Origin: a virus
Lineage: Duplodnaviria; Caudoviricetes
Direction: 5' to 3' (one strand)
Length of the DNA: 57,981 nucleotides
Virus record (IMG/VR): IMGVR_UViG_3300020439_002263
Location: 1-57,981 of that record
Shown here: piece after piece, positions 7,678 to 18,580 of the stretch
Position numbering within the stretch: position 1 is the stretch's first letter
Layout: each line of letters starts with the position of its first letter
Made by a program: the position numbers and the translations under genes
Notes under the pieces: generated by a model
Databases searched by the model: none
Told to the model about the DNA's origin: nothing
The model's input: only the letters and a program-made list of their open reading frames with translations

Positions 7678-10220
7678 ACCTTAAGCCAGATGTCCCCATC
7701 TGTCCCTCCTGTCGGTGCGGCGGTGGAGACAGTTACGGCTCCGCCAGTGCGTGATCCAGAATTGTGATAGAGGTACCCTCCCTGCTGATACCTACGAATA
7801 CCACCGCCATCGACAAACAGTGGTTTATTCATATAGAACGCTGGTCGGTCTGTTTGGAAGTGGCACCAAAGAGTGTTTCTAGGTCCAACGTCTACGTACC
7901 CTGAGTTTGTCGTAATGCGGGCTGTATTGTAGTCCCCTTTAGATATAGTACTGTTGGAGTCCCTGAGGCGGAATCCGAACCTAGCATATATATAACCTTC
8001 GCCGGTGATCTGGGCAGCGGCCTCAGAACTATGGTAGAGGTTGTGAAACACCCAACCCCTATTACTGCTATGCATACGGAAGTACATGTTGTAATCCGCA
8101 GATGTGTCTAGAGGTGTAACTGTCACGGGGGTGTAGTCTTTATGGCTCATGTAGATCTTATAATAGTCTGAGCCCCAGAAACGTAGTCCTTTACCGTGAC
8201 CGTCTGCTATACTGAAGCCACCCACACTATAAACAGCATCAGGTCCTGTATTACTGACGTAGAAGCGCTTACCACCATAAACGCGAACCCACACAGAGTC
8301 TGCCATGTGGATCCCACCGCCATAGGTCTGGTTATACCATCCTGTCGTCCCAGAAGATCTAAACCAACCGCTACAGCTTATTGAGTCTGCTACTCCGCTA
8401 TCGAACCCGGCAAAGACGCGATCCCCTGAGATAGAACCAACTGTATTCAGGTCCCCTGAAGTATTAATTGTCATAAGAGCGTTAATACTATCAGCGGTTT
8501 GCTTATCATGTTCTACTGTTGCATACCGACATACTGCAAATTTATCGCTACCGGAGTAGGGCCGGCCCCAGAACCATTCATTACCACCGCCAGCGTCATG
8601 AGCGTATGTACCTAACGCCCGTTGGTTTACGGAGTCTTGGGCTTTCAGAACGATAGCCCCATTATGATAGGAAGGACCGTTACCTGTAATTATCAACTCT
8701 GTGGATCCACCTGAGTCTAGCTGTAAATCCGATTTGATATAAGACAGCCCACCGTCGGAACGGAGGTTAACTTTTAGCGCTCCTGCTGAGTCCCTGAGGT
8801 ACATGTTCCAGTTGGAACTTGTTGACCAGAAGCCGGACCAGTTAGATAAACTGGTAGACGATACTCTCACCCCCCACCGATCAGATGATGTATTCACGTC
8901 TACGTTAACTTGACCGGAAAGAGTGCCCCCCGTTACAGGGAGGTAATCATTAGGGTTTAAGTTCCCGGTATGCCAAAGCTTCTCCCAACCTGTCCATGTG
9001 CCGTTATTTTGCGTACGGACATACCACTCGTTTTGCCGCCAATCTCCGGCTAGTTGTGTGGACCATAAACCGTTGTACCGGAGCGTTAGCAAGGACGTGT
9101 CCACGACGCCTATGGGTTTATCGCCGGCAGGAGAGGCCAGATGATGTACTTCAATTCCTGATGAGACCGCCCCTCCAGCACTCTCAAGTCTTCGGTTTAC
9201 TAGATAATCAGTGGAGAGATAATTGTGAGTATGACTCACGTCAGCTTTATTAGAGAGAAAAGCGTCAATCTCCGCTTCGGTATAGTACAGGTCGTTGTGC
9301 GAATGCGTCTTCTGAGCATAAACTGCGTCGTGATCATGAGCGTTGGTGGCGAAATCAGACGGATTAAAGTTCGCAGACGTCCATAAGCGTCCGCCGTTTG
9401 CTTGCCACTCGCCCACGGCTTCATTCCAAAGTAGCGTAGCTAACGGTAGGGTACCCCGGTTGACGTGAATGCCTGCGTTTTCTGTAGGTGTAGAACCGTT
9501 ATAATCAGCGTTCAGTGTAAGAATACTGTCGCCGATGTCGACGACGTTAGAATTTATGAAGTTGATGTCGCCGGTGACTGTAAGGTTGCCAGAGATGCCC
9601 ACATCGCCTGTGATCTGCCCACCAGACTTTGCGAAGTATAACGTAGGGTCAAATGTCTGAGCTAACGCAGCCGAATTAGCTGCGTCTAGTGCCCAGCTCG
9701 CTGCGCTCTGTTCAGCCGCCGCCGCAGCCTGAGCCGACGCCTCAGCATTCTGTTCGCTGGTCGCAGCGGCCGCTGCCGAAGCGGCCGCGTTCTGTCGGTG
9801 CGTCAAAGATGAGGCTGCGTTAGCTTCTGCATTAGTCTGTGCGTTTTCAGCCCCTAACTTTGCCGCCAGCGCCGCGTCACGGTAGCTAGCAGCGTTGTCC
9901 CTATGCTGTAGCGAGAGGGATTCATAAGCGGCAGCCAGAGATTCGCTAGAAGCCGCGTTACTCGCTGCAATTTCTGCCGATTCTTTATAAGAAAAAGCTG
10001 AGGAGACCAGCCCAGAGACGTCCTGCTCAAGCTGGGCAGGGGATTTAGTATACCTGACGTTACCGTTAAAATCGGTCAGTGGGTATTTACCGTCTGACGC
10101 ATCACCTCCGCCGGCAGGCCCTGAGAGCCAAGTTTGAAACTCCGCTTCCCTAGAATTGAAGAACTCGATTAGATCACTTATTTTCTTAGCGAGCTGAGCG
10201 TTGGTGATGTTTATCGTCAT
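7674..10220 (-). CDS. Second tail fibre / receptor-binding protein
   Basis: Ala/Ser-rich coiled shaft, HxH motifs (HDHD, HSHNDLYY, HTHNY), W.GW.KLWH.GN knob-like segment, GWFRS.G.TGWYN..YGGGI repeat. Confidence 0.85.
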   Translation of the reverse strand: MTINITNAQLAKKISDLIEFFNSREAEFQTWLSGPAGGGDASDGKYPLTDFNGNVRYTKSPAQLEQDVSGLVSSAFSYKESAEIAASNAASSESLAAAYESLSLQHRDNAASYRDAALAAKLGAENAQTNAEANAASSLTHRQNAAASAAAAATSEQNAEASAQAAAAAEQSAASWALDAANSAALAQTFDPTLYFAKSGGQITGDVGISGNLTVTGDINFINSNVVDIGDSILTLNADYNGSTPTENAGIHVNRGTLPLATLLWNEAVGEWQANGGRLWTSANFNPSDFATNAHDHDAVYAQKTHSHNDLYYTEAEIDAFLSNKADVSHTHNYLSTDYLVNRRLESAGGAVSSGIEVHHLASPAGDKPIGVVDTSLLTLRYNGLWSTQLAGDWRQNEWYVRTQNNGTWTGWEKLWHTGNLNPNDYLPVTGGTLSGQVNVDVNTSSDRWGVRVSSTSLSNWSGFWSTSSNWNMYLRDSAGALKVNLRSDGGLSYIKSDLQLDSGGSTELIITGNGPSYHNGAIVLKAQDSVNQRALGTYAHDAGGGNEWFWGRPYSGSDKFAVCRYATVEHDKQTADSINALMTINTSGDLNTVGSISGDRVFAGFDSGVADSISCSGWFRSSGTTGWYNQTYGGGIHMADSVWVRVYGGKRFYVSNTGPDAVYSVGGFSIADGHGKGLRFWGSDYYKIYMSHKDYTPVTVTPLDTSADYNMYFRMHSSNRGWVFHNLYHSSEAAAQITGEGYIYARFGFRLRDSNSTISKGDYNTARITTNSGYVDVGPRNTLWCHFQTDRPAFYMNKPLFVDGGGIRRYQQGGYLYHNSGSRTGGAVTVSTAAPTGGTDGDIWLKV

Positions 10221-10436
10221 CTATTCCTCTTGGATATTTTCGTTCTCAGTTTTGTTAGCAGGATGTGGTGCCGTCTGTGCTAGCGCGATACCAGCCAGAA
10301 TGTTGCGTAGAGCTGTGATTTCTTTATTGACTACTTTTAGGTCAGCTCTAAGTCGCTCCTTCCTGAGCAGTGCTTCGTGTAAAGATTTCTCCAACTGGAC
10401 GGTATGCTGAGAAAGAGGGACACTGTTCTGATCCAT
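10221..10436 (-). CDS. Small coiled-coil protein between the fibre genes
   Basis: AGGAG RBS; heptad pattern. Confidence 0.65.
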   Translation of the reverse strand: MDQNSVPLSQHTVQLEKSLHEALLRKERLRADLKVVNKEITALRNILAGIALAQTAPHPANKTENENIQEE

Positions 10437-10468
10437 AAGTTTCTCCTATTATTTATGGAGTTTAATCC

Positions 10469-12856
10469 TTACTCTTCGGTCGCTAGAAGAGTTAATACTT
10501 GTGACCTATTCTGGACTCCCGTAGGGAAGGCGGGAACATTCTCTGCGGTGAGCTTTAACGTTCTATCGTCGGTACCTCCAGCAGTATCAGTCCATGTAAA
10601 AGAACCACTCATGCTATAGTCATATCTAGACCCCGTTCCGAGTTCCTGATCGTCGCTGAGCCTTTCCCTTACATAACCCTGAAATGACCCAGTAGCGACT
10701 TGGGTCCAAGACGATCCGCTCAGCTTATAAAGTCGGGCGGTTACGGGGCCTCCCCAAGGACTAGTTCTATCACTATAAACATTAAACATGTTGAAGTTCC
10801 CTAAAACCTGATACCCGCCCATGGCTAGGCTACAAACAACGCTAATGGGGTTTCCTCTAGTACCGAACGGTCCCACCTCGACTGACGGACTAGATGTGAT
10901 TGTAGTTGACGACGCGCCGTTCTTATAGACACCGGCGCTGAGCGACCCGCCATAGTATGCCGAGCCGTCGGTCTTTAGATAGCGAATGGCATCAGCTTCT
11001 GAGCATAATGAAGGGGAAGGCTTTGAAGGACCGAACCATTCAATGAATTGATTGTTCGTACCGAAGCCTAGTCCCTCTACCATCATAACGGTACCGTTAT
11101 CCCATATAATTCGTCCGGTACCAACAGTAATGTCACCATTCTGTGTGATGTTTGCGTTGAGGGCACCCCCCGTGAGTTTGTCCACCTTTAGGTCAGAAAT
11201 CCAAGCATTTGATATGTATGCGTTTTGCATATAGACGTTACCATTGGACACCGAGAAGACAGGCTTAGGGGTTGTCAACCCCTTCGAGGGGTCCACGATA
11301 TGAAATTTATCGGCAAGTATCGCGAAGGTACCAGACTCCCCGTCATTGTTCTGCACAAAGCCGGTGATGTACCCGTTTACGTCTAGGGACACTCCATACC
11401 GGGCTTCAAGACCGCTTATGGAGCTGGCAAATTGTGTTATTGAAGATGAGTGACCGTTTACGGTCGTGGTGAGTTGTGTAATGTCCTGCGCTAGCGCGGA
11501 ATCAGCTGCGGTCCGTGCCGTCTGCTCAGAGACGATAGAAGCTTGTACACCAGTGATTTGGGAATCTAAACCGGAAAGCCGAGAGGCTAAGCTTGTTGAG
11601 CCACTATCGACCAGTACTTTGTTTTCGTCCAGAATAAATGCTGTATTAGTACCGTTCTTCGCCCCTAACAGATGAAGCTCGTCAGCTATGGCCTGATCCG
11701 CCGCGATACGGGCGCTCTGTTCGGTAAGTATATCTGCCTCAAGAGTGGCCTTTATATCTCCGTCCTGAGCTACGACCCATTGTGAGCCATTCCAAACATA
11801 TGGCTTATTATTCTCAGCAGTATTAAACCACAAATCCCCCACACCGCCTGCCTCAGGGGCTGTCCCCTGATGCCACACGCGGTTTTTTGTATCTACCTTT
11901 GCCTCAAGAACCTGTCTAGCAGCGGCCTCCGCCGATAGGGCGTCAGCTCGCGTAGTTTGTTCGTTAAGGATAGCCGCCTGGTTGGCCGCCACATCGCCCT
12001 CGACTGTATCAACACGTGCCTCCAGCAGGGAGATGTTCTGTGCTAGAGCGTTGTCTGCGTTTGTCCTTGTAGAAGCCTCTTGAGCTATTAAAGAGTTGAC
12101 GCCATCGACCGATGCGTCAAGAGCTGTAAAACGCTCGGCTAGTGATGTCGTTGGGTCGACTCGGACAGTATTCGTGTCTATAATAAAAGCCGTATTATCG
12201 GCCGATTTCGCGCCTAATAATCTTAAATCTTCAGCTAAAGCAGCATCGCCCGCAATACGCTCGTTCTGTTCATTTTGGATGAATGTCACGATACCTGTGC
12301 CGTTTACATCGGCTAGGGAATCTACAGTAGCTTTTAAGTCCTGTAGTCTAGAAGCTACATCTAGAATTGTTTCAGAAGCTACGTCTATGTCTGTGACTCT
12401 CTGTCTCAGTTCCGCAGCAAGTTCATGGTTTAGGGTCTCATTAACCAGCTGTTGAATAATGGCGTCAGCGTCGGTAGGTACCCAACCTTTGTCACTCGCG
12501 ATCTTTGTTAAACCATTCTCTAGCGTTTCTACATATATATCTCTAATCTCTTGAGAGATATAGAAGTTTTGAAGGTGAGCCAGATCGAGCTCAGCCTCCG
12601 TTAAAACAGCCCCATTTTGAAAATCAACCAAACGTCTTTCGTAAGGCGTTTCCCTATGAATCGTTATAGCGTCGCCTTGTTTTGGGATAGTCTTAATGCG
12701 GATGCTGCTGTCTGATAACCATTCATACTCATATGGGTAGAGTTCGGTGTTGTTAATCTTTACCTTAACATGAGTACGGGAAATATACGGGAACGGAATA
12801 GAAAATATGCTGGTAGATCCGTCCCCCGTGTAGGAGACGCGGGAATTTAAAGCCAT
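10469..12856 (-). CDS. Tail fibre with T7 gp17-type N-terminal adaptor
   Basis: SYTGDGSTSIFSIPFPYISRTHVKV...RRLVDFQNGAVLTEAELD adaptor; coiled coil; YGVSLDVNGYITG...FAILADKF segment like central-tip (J-type) proteins. Confidence 0.9.
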   Translation of the reverse strand: MALNSRVSYTGDGSTSIFSIPFPYISRTHVKVKINNTELYPYEYEWLSDSSIRIKTIPKQGDAITIHRETPYERRLVDFQNGAVLTEAELDLAHLQNFYISQEIRDIYVETLENGLTKIASDKGWVPTDADAIIQQLVNETLNHELAAELRQRVTDIDVASETILDVASRLQDLKATVDSLADVNGTGIVTFIQNEQNERIAGDAALAEDLRLLGAKSADNTAFIIDTNTVRVDPTTSLAERFTALDASVDGVNSLIAQEASTRTNADNALAQNISLLEARVDTVEGDVAANQAAILNEQTTRADALSAEAAARQVLEAKVDTKNRVWHQGTAPEAGGVGDLWFNTAENNKPYVWNGSQWVVAQDGDIKATLEADILTEQSARIAADQAIADELHLLGAKNGTNTAFILDENKVLVDSGSTSLASRLSGLDSQITGVQASIVSEQTARTAADSALAQDITQLTTTVNGHSSSITQFASSISGLEARYGVSLDVNGYITGFVQNNDGESGTFAILADKFHIVDPSKGLTTPKPVFSVSNGNVYMQNAYISNAWISDLKVDKLTGGALNANITQNGDITVGTGRIIWDNGTVMMVEGLGFGTNNQFIEWFGPSKPSPSLCSEADAIRYLKTDGSAYYGGSLSAGVYKNGASSTTITSSPSVEVGPFGTRGNPISVVCSLAMGGYQVLGNFNMFNVYSDRTSPWGGPVTARLYKLSGSSWTQVATGSFQGYVRERLSDDQELGTGSRYDYSMSGSFTWTDTAGGTDDRTLKLTAENVPAFPTGVQNRSQVLTLLATEE

Positions 12857-13016
12857 ACTTTCTCCGTTAATTTAGGGGAAATTAAGTAACCCGCCGGGGT
12901 GCGCAGTGCGAAACCGAAGCTTCGCCCGAGGCGTGGCGGGTCTTGTTATTCGGTTACTTAATAATCTAGATTTATACGAGTGGATACCTAAAATGATATC
13001 CACTCCGTTCATTCAT

Positions 13017-16000
13017 TCATTCATCTAGTAACCACTTATCGTCGTCCTCTGGGAATGCCTCTACAAGTGGGTTTAGGAGCCAGCCTAGATACCAAGCGTT
13101 TTGGAAGGGTACCGCCCCTGACATGATCTTTTCGATGTCGTTTCGCTCAATTTCACCGTCACGGGTTATTCCCTGTATACCTCTTAGTAAATCGTTAAGT
13201 CCTTTAAATACAGGGGTTGTCCCTAGAGGATCAATAAGATCGCCTCGCATGGTAGAGGCGCGTACTGTAGCAACCCTGAGTTCGTAGCCGGGAACGAATT
13301 CAGCAAGTGTATCATGAGCGAAGGGTATAATTGAAGAATGTCCGCTATAATAAAAAGCAGCCTTACCTATCTCAGAAGGTGTAGCCTTACGGGATAAGAA
13401 CTCTTCTTTTTCTTTCTCGCTCATACTTGTAGATATCGCATATACCCGGGCCATGTACCCTATACCACCGAATATAGTCATCATGAGAAATTCATGAAGG
13501 ACCTTATAATCTCGGATGTTTAATCCAAACAATGTGTGCTTGGTATAGGCGTTCGTAGTGAAGTTAAGGAACTGAAGCGCAATGCTTACTATCGGATTTT
13601 CTTCCATCCAACGAGCGCGGCCCCCTAAATCACCCTCTAGAACAACTCGACGGGAGTTACGGTCTATAGCGTTTATGAAGGCCATAGCAGCCTCTTGATC
13701 GTCCCACTCGTCTATTCTAACGTCACGGACACGACCACCATGCGGTGTTTTAATTAATGGTGCTTTCTCTAAATTTCGGTGAATAGCTTCCATAGTATTC
13801 TCGTCTAGACCTAGATAGGCCATTCGCCGTTTACTAAAGTTCCGGCCTCCAGATCTAGCAGCTTGCGCCCACCACTCAATCTCGCCAGAAATGAGGGTCA
13901 GCCGCATTAACTCAGTCAGAGGACTAAGGCCAGAGAGTTTAGCAGCAACGTTAGTAACACGTTTAGTTACGTCATCTATTCTCTCGACCAGACTACCTGT
14001 CTGTACGACGCCGTTTATGTCAGCAGACTCATTAGTACCTTCTCTGAAGGCCAGCCGATTCCTCACTTGCAACGAGCCTGCTCCATACATCGCATCAGCG
14101 AAAGCAACCAGCCCTTCAGGTTCCTCTCCCCGCCGCAATTGACGGTACATTTTCCAAACAGCGGGGATTTGACGGATCGTTCTAGTGAAGCCTATTTGAG
14201 ATATTACGGCACCGAGCTCAGACAACTGAGAGAAACCCACATTGTTCAGGTAACGAGTGAAGGCCCATCTCTTAAGCCAGTTGGCTCCCATCTCTACAGC
14301 TTCGTCAAAGGGAGTCATTTTCTTGGTCCGACGTCCCATAATGGAGTTGAGTACGTAATCTAGGTGGTCAAGCTCCTCAGTGACTTTCTTCAGTCCTGTG
14401 TTGGACTTCTGCTCAGCGGATATCCTGATGTCATTCATGACGGCTCTTACCTCGCTTTCCGACCGGAAACCGGCCCTTAGCAGGCCCGCAAGGCCCGACA
14501 TGTGCCGCCCATACGCACGTGTTACATGACGCGCATCCCACTCCCAGAGCCTCATCAAGTCCCCGTCTTCGTCTGCCCTTAGGCGAAGAGCGAGACGTCT
14601 CCGCGCCCGTGCGCTTTCTGCTTTATCCTGTTCAGGCATAAGCATGTTAATGACGTCGTCTATAATGTCATCATCCATGTCATCAGGCTTACCCTTATAG
14701 TCGTACATCTCCGCTGCAAGCTCTTTAGCACGTTCTCTCAACGAAGCCCTCTGTGCCTTTGAAACGGCTACAGACTGCTCACCGCCTCTGGGAATGTCTG
14801 CACGTAGTGCCCTTACTGTAGCTAGATAAGCCTGAGCAACCCTCACCGCCTCATCCCAGACAGAAGTTCCACGCTCAGAAGCCCGTGCTCTTAGCTCTTC
14901 AAGGTTAGCCCGTTGAATAGGTACAGCAAGCGCCCTAGCAACCTCCATGTCCCCTCCCAGCCTCTCGCGAATACGTCCGTATTCTTCGTAATTAACGAGG
15001 CGTGGGAAGTAATTTCGGTCTGCCTTTACATCTTCGAAGTCAGCGTTGGACACACCACCACCGCCTACTTCGAATCGACTATCCTTTACGTGGTTCAGGT
15101 GGTACTCAATTAGATCTCGATAAGCATCCGCCGCTTTATTGATATGTACATCGTCAGTTTCTAAAGCCCCGTCGATGACCATGCCCACCTGTCGATAGAA
15201 CTCAGCCTCACTGTTCATCCCCGGGAACCGTCTACCACGCTCGGCCCAGTAATCTCGCATCGCCTGCTCTGCCTTCCTATGGTAGCGGGACCCACCTTCG
15301 TTAATCCTACGAGCGGCTTCGAACGCAGAATGACGGTTGACTGCGCCATCCGCTAGACCTGTTTGCGAAGGGATTAACCGTTGAGTGAGCTCCCTAACAG
15401 CCGCCTCGTCTGAGTTGTTAAGACGGGCCTCTAGATCGAAGCGGACACTGGGCGCAAAAGCCCTTCCGGGGTTATAAGATGCCTCCAACATATCAACCCG
15501 TCGCTGCGCTGCGTCACTTAAAGGCTCTGAAACAACGGTACCGGGAACCCTAGCAGCACCTACTGATTGGTAATCCGCGCCGGTTTGCTTTTTAGGGATA
15601 AAACCTCCCGCCTCTGCCGCTTTCATACGCTCATCCGGTGTCAGTTTACCGCCGAATTGGTTCAACAGACCCCCGAAAATAGCAGAGCCAAGTAGGGAGT
15701 AGGCCAAGGTTTCAGAGTCTTCCACGGGATTAAGACCTACCCTGACGGCCTCAAGAGGTCCATCTACGGCTAGACTTGTCGCAGCTCCCTGTCCGAATCT
15801 ACCTATGAATGTACCGGCCTTAGTTACGTTACCAATCCCAGCGCCTGCGATCAGCGTTACTGGGTCGACGGCGTTGACTGCTAACCGGGCTGGGTTGAGG
15901 ACACCCGGCAGGGCTTTACTGATCTGATCATAAGCATCTAACCTCTCCCTTAAGTTCTGCGCAATCCACACCATATGCTCAGGGGAGCCCGCTGCTGCCA

Positions 16001-16328
16001 GTTCGTTTAAGAGGTCTGAGGGTATCCCGTATTCTGAAGCGACTGCCGTCAGCTCCTCTGGCGTAGGGTCGTAGCTAAAACGATCAGTCGTTACTCCGCG
16101 TTTTTCAAGATCTAACTTATCTCTAGCCGATCTGATAAGTTCAGAAGTGAACCAATCGTGTTTAACAGCGAGTAACATGCCCTGAAGCATGCCCGGCGTA
16201 GATGACCCTGGCTCCGCGTCGAAACGCCGGGCGTCCGTTCCATTAGCTACTACGCTATCACCCGGTACGGGACTTAAAGCCTCATCCAGCGTAGCGTTAA
16301 AAGCGTCTTCCATCAAATTCAGCCTCAT
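13017..16328 (-). CDS. Internal virion (ejection) protein, gp16-like
   Basis: 1103 aa, position before tail fibre, LQFLNF motif. Confidence 0.75.
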   Translation of the reverse strand: MRLNLMEDAFNATLDEALSPVPGDSVVANGTDARRFDAEPGSSTPGMLQGMLLAVKHDWFTSELIRSARDKLDLEKRGVTTDRFSYDPTPEELTAVASEYGIPSDLLNELAAAGSPEHMVWIAQNLRERLDAYDQISKALPGVLNPARLAVNAVDPVTLIAGAGIGNVTKAGTFIGRFGQGAATSLAVDGPLEAVRVGLNPVEDSETLAYSLLGSAIFGGLLNQFGGKLTPDERMKAAEAGGFIPKKQTGADYQSVGAARVPGTVVSEPLSDAAQRRVDMLEASYNPGRAFAPSVRFDLEARLNNSDEAAVRELTQRLIPSQTGLADGAVNRHSAFEAARRINEGGSRYHRKAEQAMRDYWAERGRRFPGMNSEAEFYRQVGMVIDGALETDDVHINKAADAYRDLIEYHLNHVKDSRFEVGGGGVSNADFEDVKADRNYFPRLVNYEEYGRIRERLGGDMEVARALAVPIQRANLEELRARASERGTSVWDEAVRVAQAYLATVRALRADIPRGGEQSVAVSKAQRASLRERAKELAAEMYDYKGKPDDMDDDIIDDVINMLMPEQDKAESARARRRLALRLRADEDGDLMRLWEWDARHVTRAYGRHMSGLAGLLRAGFRSESEVRAVMNDIRISAEQKSNTGLKKVTEELDHLDYVLNSIMGRRTKKMTPFDEAVEMGANWLKRWAFTRYLNNVGFSQLSELGAVISQIGFTRTIRQIPAVWKMYRQLRRGEEPEGLVAFADAMYGAGSLQVRNRLAFREGTNESADINGVVQTGSLVERIDDVTKRVTNVAAKLSGLSPLTELMRLTLISGEIEWWAQAARSGGRNFSKRRMAYLGLDENTMEAIHRNLEKAPLIKTPHGGRVRDVRIDEWDDQEAAMAFINAIDRNSRRVVLEGDLGGRARWMEENPIVSIALQFLNFTTNAYTKHTLFGLNIRDYKVLHEFLMMTIFGGIGYMARVYAISTSMSEKEKEEFLSRKATPSEIGKAAFYYSGHSSIIPFAHDTLAEFVPGYELRVATVRASTMRGDLIDPLGTTPVFKGLNDLLRGIQGITRDGEIERNDIEKIMSGAVPFQNAWYLGWLLNPLVEAFPEDDDKWLLDE

Positions 16329-18580
16329 AATGTTGCCGGGTAGCGGTAACGCATCCCGTTAGCTGTGAAAGTGCCCCGTTCTTTCAGATACTTTTCTGTA
16401 TTTTTGGATCTTTCTACAGCCTTCCCGGCCTCTTCACTCAGTTTTAAATCCTCCATAGCGCGTCTCTCGTTCCTGATCACACTAGCTGCTCGCTGAATCT
16501 GACCCACCGAAAGTATGGGATAATCGCCTACTGCCGTTCCATCAGAAGTAGACACCAAGTAGAGGTCCCCCGGTAAGGGGGTTACTTCTATATCGTCATC
16601 ACCCACGCCGTACCGCCGAACGAGAGCCTCTAGAGCGTCCTCCATAGTGGCCTGCCACTCAGTCGGTGTATAATCATGGGGTACGGGGATTATCCTACCT
16701 TTAACCGGAACGTGCGTCCGCTTAAACTCGTCAACAGCCCGCTCTACTAAAGTTTTATCCACGGGACGTCCTGTTGTTTGAGCCAGTAGGCGGGTTCTAT
16801 CTCTAACCCAGTCTTCAGCCATGCGACTGTCCTCATCAGGAATATCCTCAGTTTTCACCCCGAACCAGCCATCTCTTAAACGGTCCACGACGTCAATTCC
16901 AGAAATAGCAGCTTCTACTTGGTTGTCCAGCCTACGCTTCTCTAGCGGTGGCCGGGTCATGGCCTGTGCAGCGTTAACAAGCGCTGTCTCCACATCCTCA
17001 CCGGAATCAATGCCCAGTAAGGTGTACTCTATAAAAGTACGGGACCTCTCATCATTTACGTGCCTAAATGCGGTATCATCTCCGATTGTCCTGATGAACT
17101 TCACCCGCTCGACGAGCTCTTCAGGGACTTCACCCCGCTCAGCTATGTTCTTAATAGTCCCGAGATTATACATACCAGTAAGTCTAGACCGCCACGCAGG
17201 GTCTACGATATTATTACCGTCTAAGAACCTCGCATATTCGTTTAGACTCTTTTCAGGGCTATCCGGATAACGGTCCGAGAAATACTTTTGAGCAACCTCC
17301 AAGGCACCCTCGATCACCGCAGTTCTTGTTAGGGTTATATCGCTGCCGTCCACCGGATTCTGGAAGGTCATATCCTGAATCTCCCACCCCCGGCTACTGA
17401 GAAGCGCTTGAAAAGCCTTATTAATAACATCTGAACGTAGGAATTCCTCAGCAGCCTGAGCCTTGAGATGCATTTCCTCCCGCTCTTGGCGTTGCTGCGT
17501 CGCTCTCATGTTAATCAAAAGCGCACGGCGATCGCTCTCGCGAAGTCTTGTATCATTCAAGATCGCGGTCTCTGAAGTCGATCCTTCCGCGATAGCTGTA
17601 TCGTAAGGGATTAGGACGTTCTTTATGTATTCGTCCCTAGCTTCGCGCATGGCAGCTGTTAGATCTTCAGTAGCCCTTCTGCCAGCTTTAAGTCGTGCCG
17701 TATTCAGGGCGTCAGCGTATTGGGGAATATGTCGAATAGAAGGGGTACCGTTCTCCCACCGGTCAGGGATAGCGTCAATCAACTCCGGTAAGCCGTTATC
17801 TATAGCTACCCGTGTCAGGACTTCTGTCATCGCCGCGTTGACACGCGAGCCGTCCCCTCCGTACAAGGCGAAAAGTTGTTCCCGCCAAGCTTTCCAATTT
17901 ATAGCACCCCTAACGGCGTTAGCCCTTAATGTCTCTACCCCTACCTGATCACCGTCCCGAATTAATTCAGCTAGCTGGTCGGCCTGTTCTTCCAACGCAG
18001 CGTCTACCTCCGATTTAAGGTCAATAGAGAGATTCGCCAGTCTGTTTTGCTCAACAACAACCTGCTGCTTCTCTACTAATTCTTTACGTTTTCTCTCCCT
18101 ATACTCAGCCATTCTGGGGACGAGAACTTCAGCAGCGAACTCATCATCTAAACCGCCATACCTAAGCATGAACTGCTCGTCTAATACTGCGTCAAGCTCA
18201 TCAGGCGTTAACTCATCGAGACCTAGCGAGTTTATATGATCATCAATGTCCTTAACATCCTGCGCCCAAGCCGCCTTAGCTTCTAATTGCGATACAGCCT
18301 TTGCGTAGGCAAGATCTTCACTGACACGCTCTCTATCTACTTCACCTATTTGATAATCTGTTACGCCCTGTTTAAATGCGTCGAGATCCGCCCGCTCCGT
18401 TTCCCTTTGTACAATCTTCCGGGCCAGACCAAAAGCGGAAGCCAGAGCTTCTGCGGCGACGGAAGCGTCGTTAGTAGACCTCACATTAAGAGGTGCCACC
18501 GCCTGCAACGCAGGGATTCCTCGCGACTCCTGTACGTTTACCCTGCGTGTTTTAAGCTTAACATCACGACTCATGTTCAT
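16325..18580 (-). CDS. Internal virion protein, gp15-like
   Basis: Size, helical composition, synteny. Confidence 0.7.
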   Translation of the reverse strand: MNMSRDVKLKTRRVNVQESRGIPALQAVAPLNVRSTNDASVAAEALASAFGLARKIVQRETERADLDAFKQGVTDYQIGEVDRERVSEDLAYAKAVSQLEAKAAWAQDVKDIDDHINSLGLDELTPDELDAVLDEQFMLRYGGLDDEFAAEVLVPRMAEYRERKRKELVEKQQVVVEQNRLANLSIDLKSEVDAALEEQADQLAELIRDGDQVGVETLRANAVRGAINWKAWREQLFALYGGDGSRVNAAMTEVLTRVAIDNGLPELIDAIPDRWENGTPSIRHIPQYADALNTARLKAGRRATEDLTAAMREARDEYIKNVLIPYDTAIAEGSTSETAILNDTRLRESDRRALLINMRATQQRQEREEMHLKAQAAEEFLRSDVINKAFQALLSSRGWEIQDMTFQNPVDGSDITLTRTAVIEGALEVAQKYFSDRYPDSPEKSLNEYARFLDGNNIVDPAWRSRLTGMYNLGTIKNIAERGEVPEELVERVKFIRTIGDDTAFRHVNDERSRTFIEYTLLGIDSGEDVETALVNAAQAMTRPPLEKRRLDNQVEAAISGIDVVDRLRDGWFGVKTEDIPDEDSRMAEDWVRDRTRLLAQTTGRPVDKTLVERAVDEFKRTHVPVKGRIIPVPHDYTPTEWQATMEDALEALVRRYGVGDDDIEVTPLPGDLYLVSTSDGTAVGDYPILSVGQIQRAASVIRNERRAMEDLKLSEEAGKAVERSKNTEKYLKERGTFTANGMRYRYPATL

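Noticed and set aside
7273-12856. Diversity-generating retroelement or invertible fibre cassette
   Set aside because: No reverse transcriptase, template/variable repeat pair or invertase seen; repeats are in-frame protein repeats
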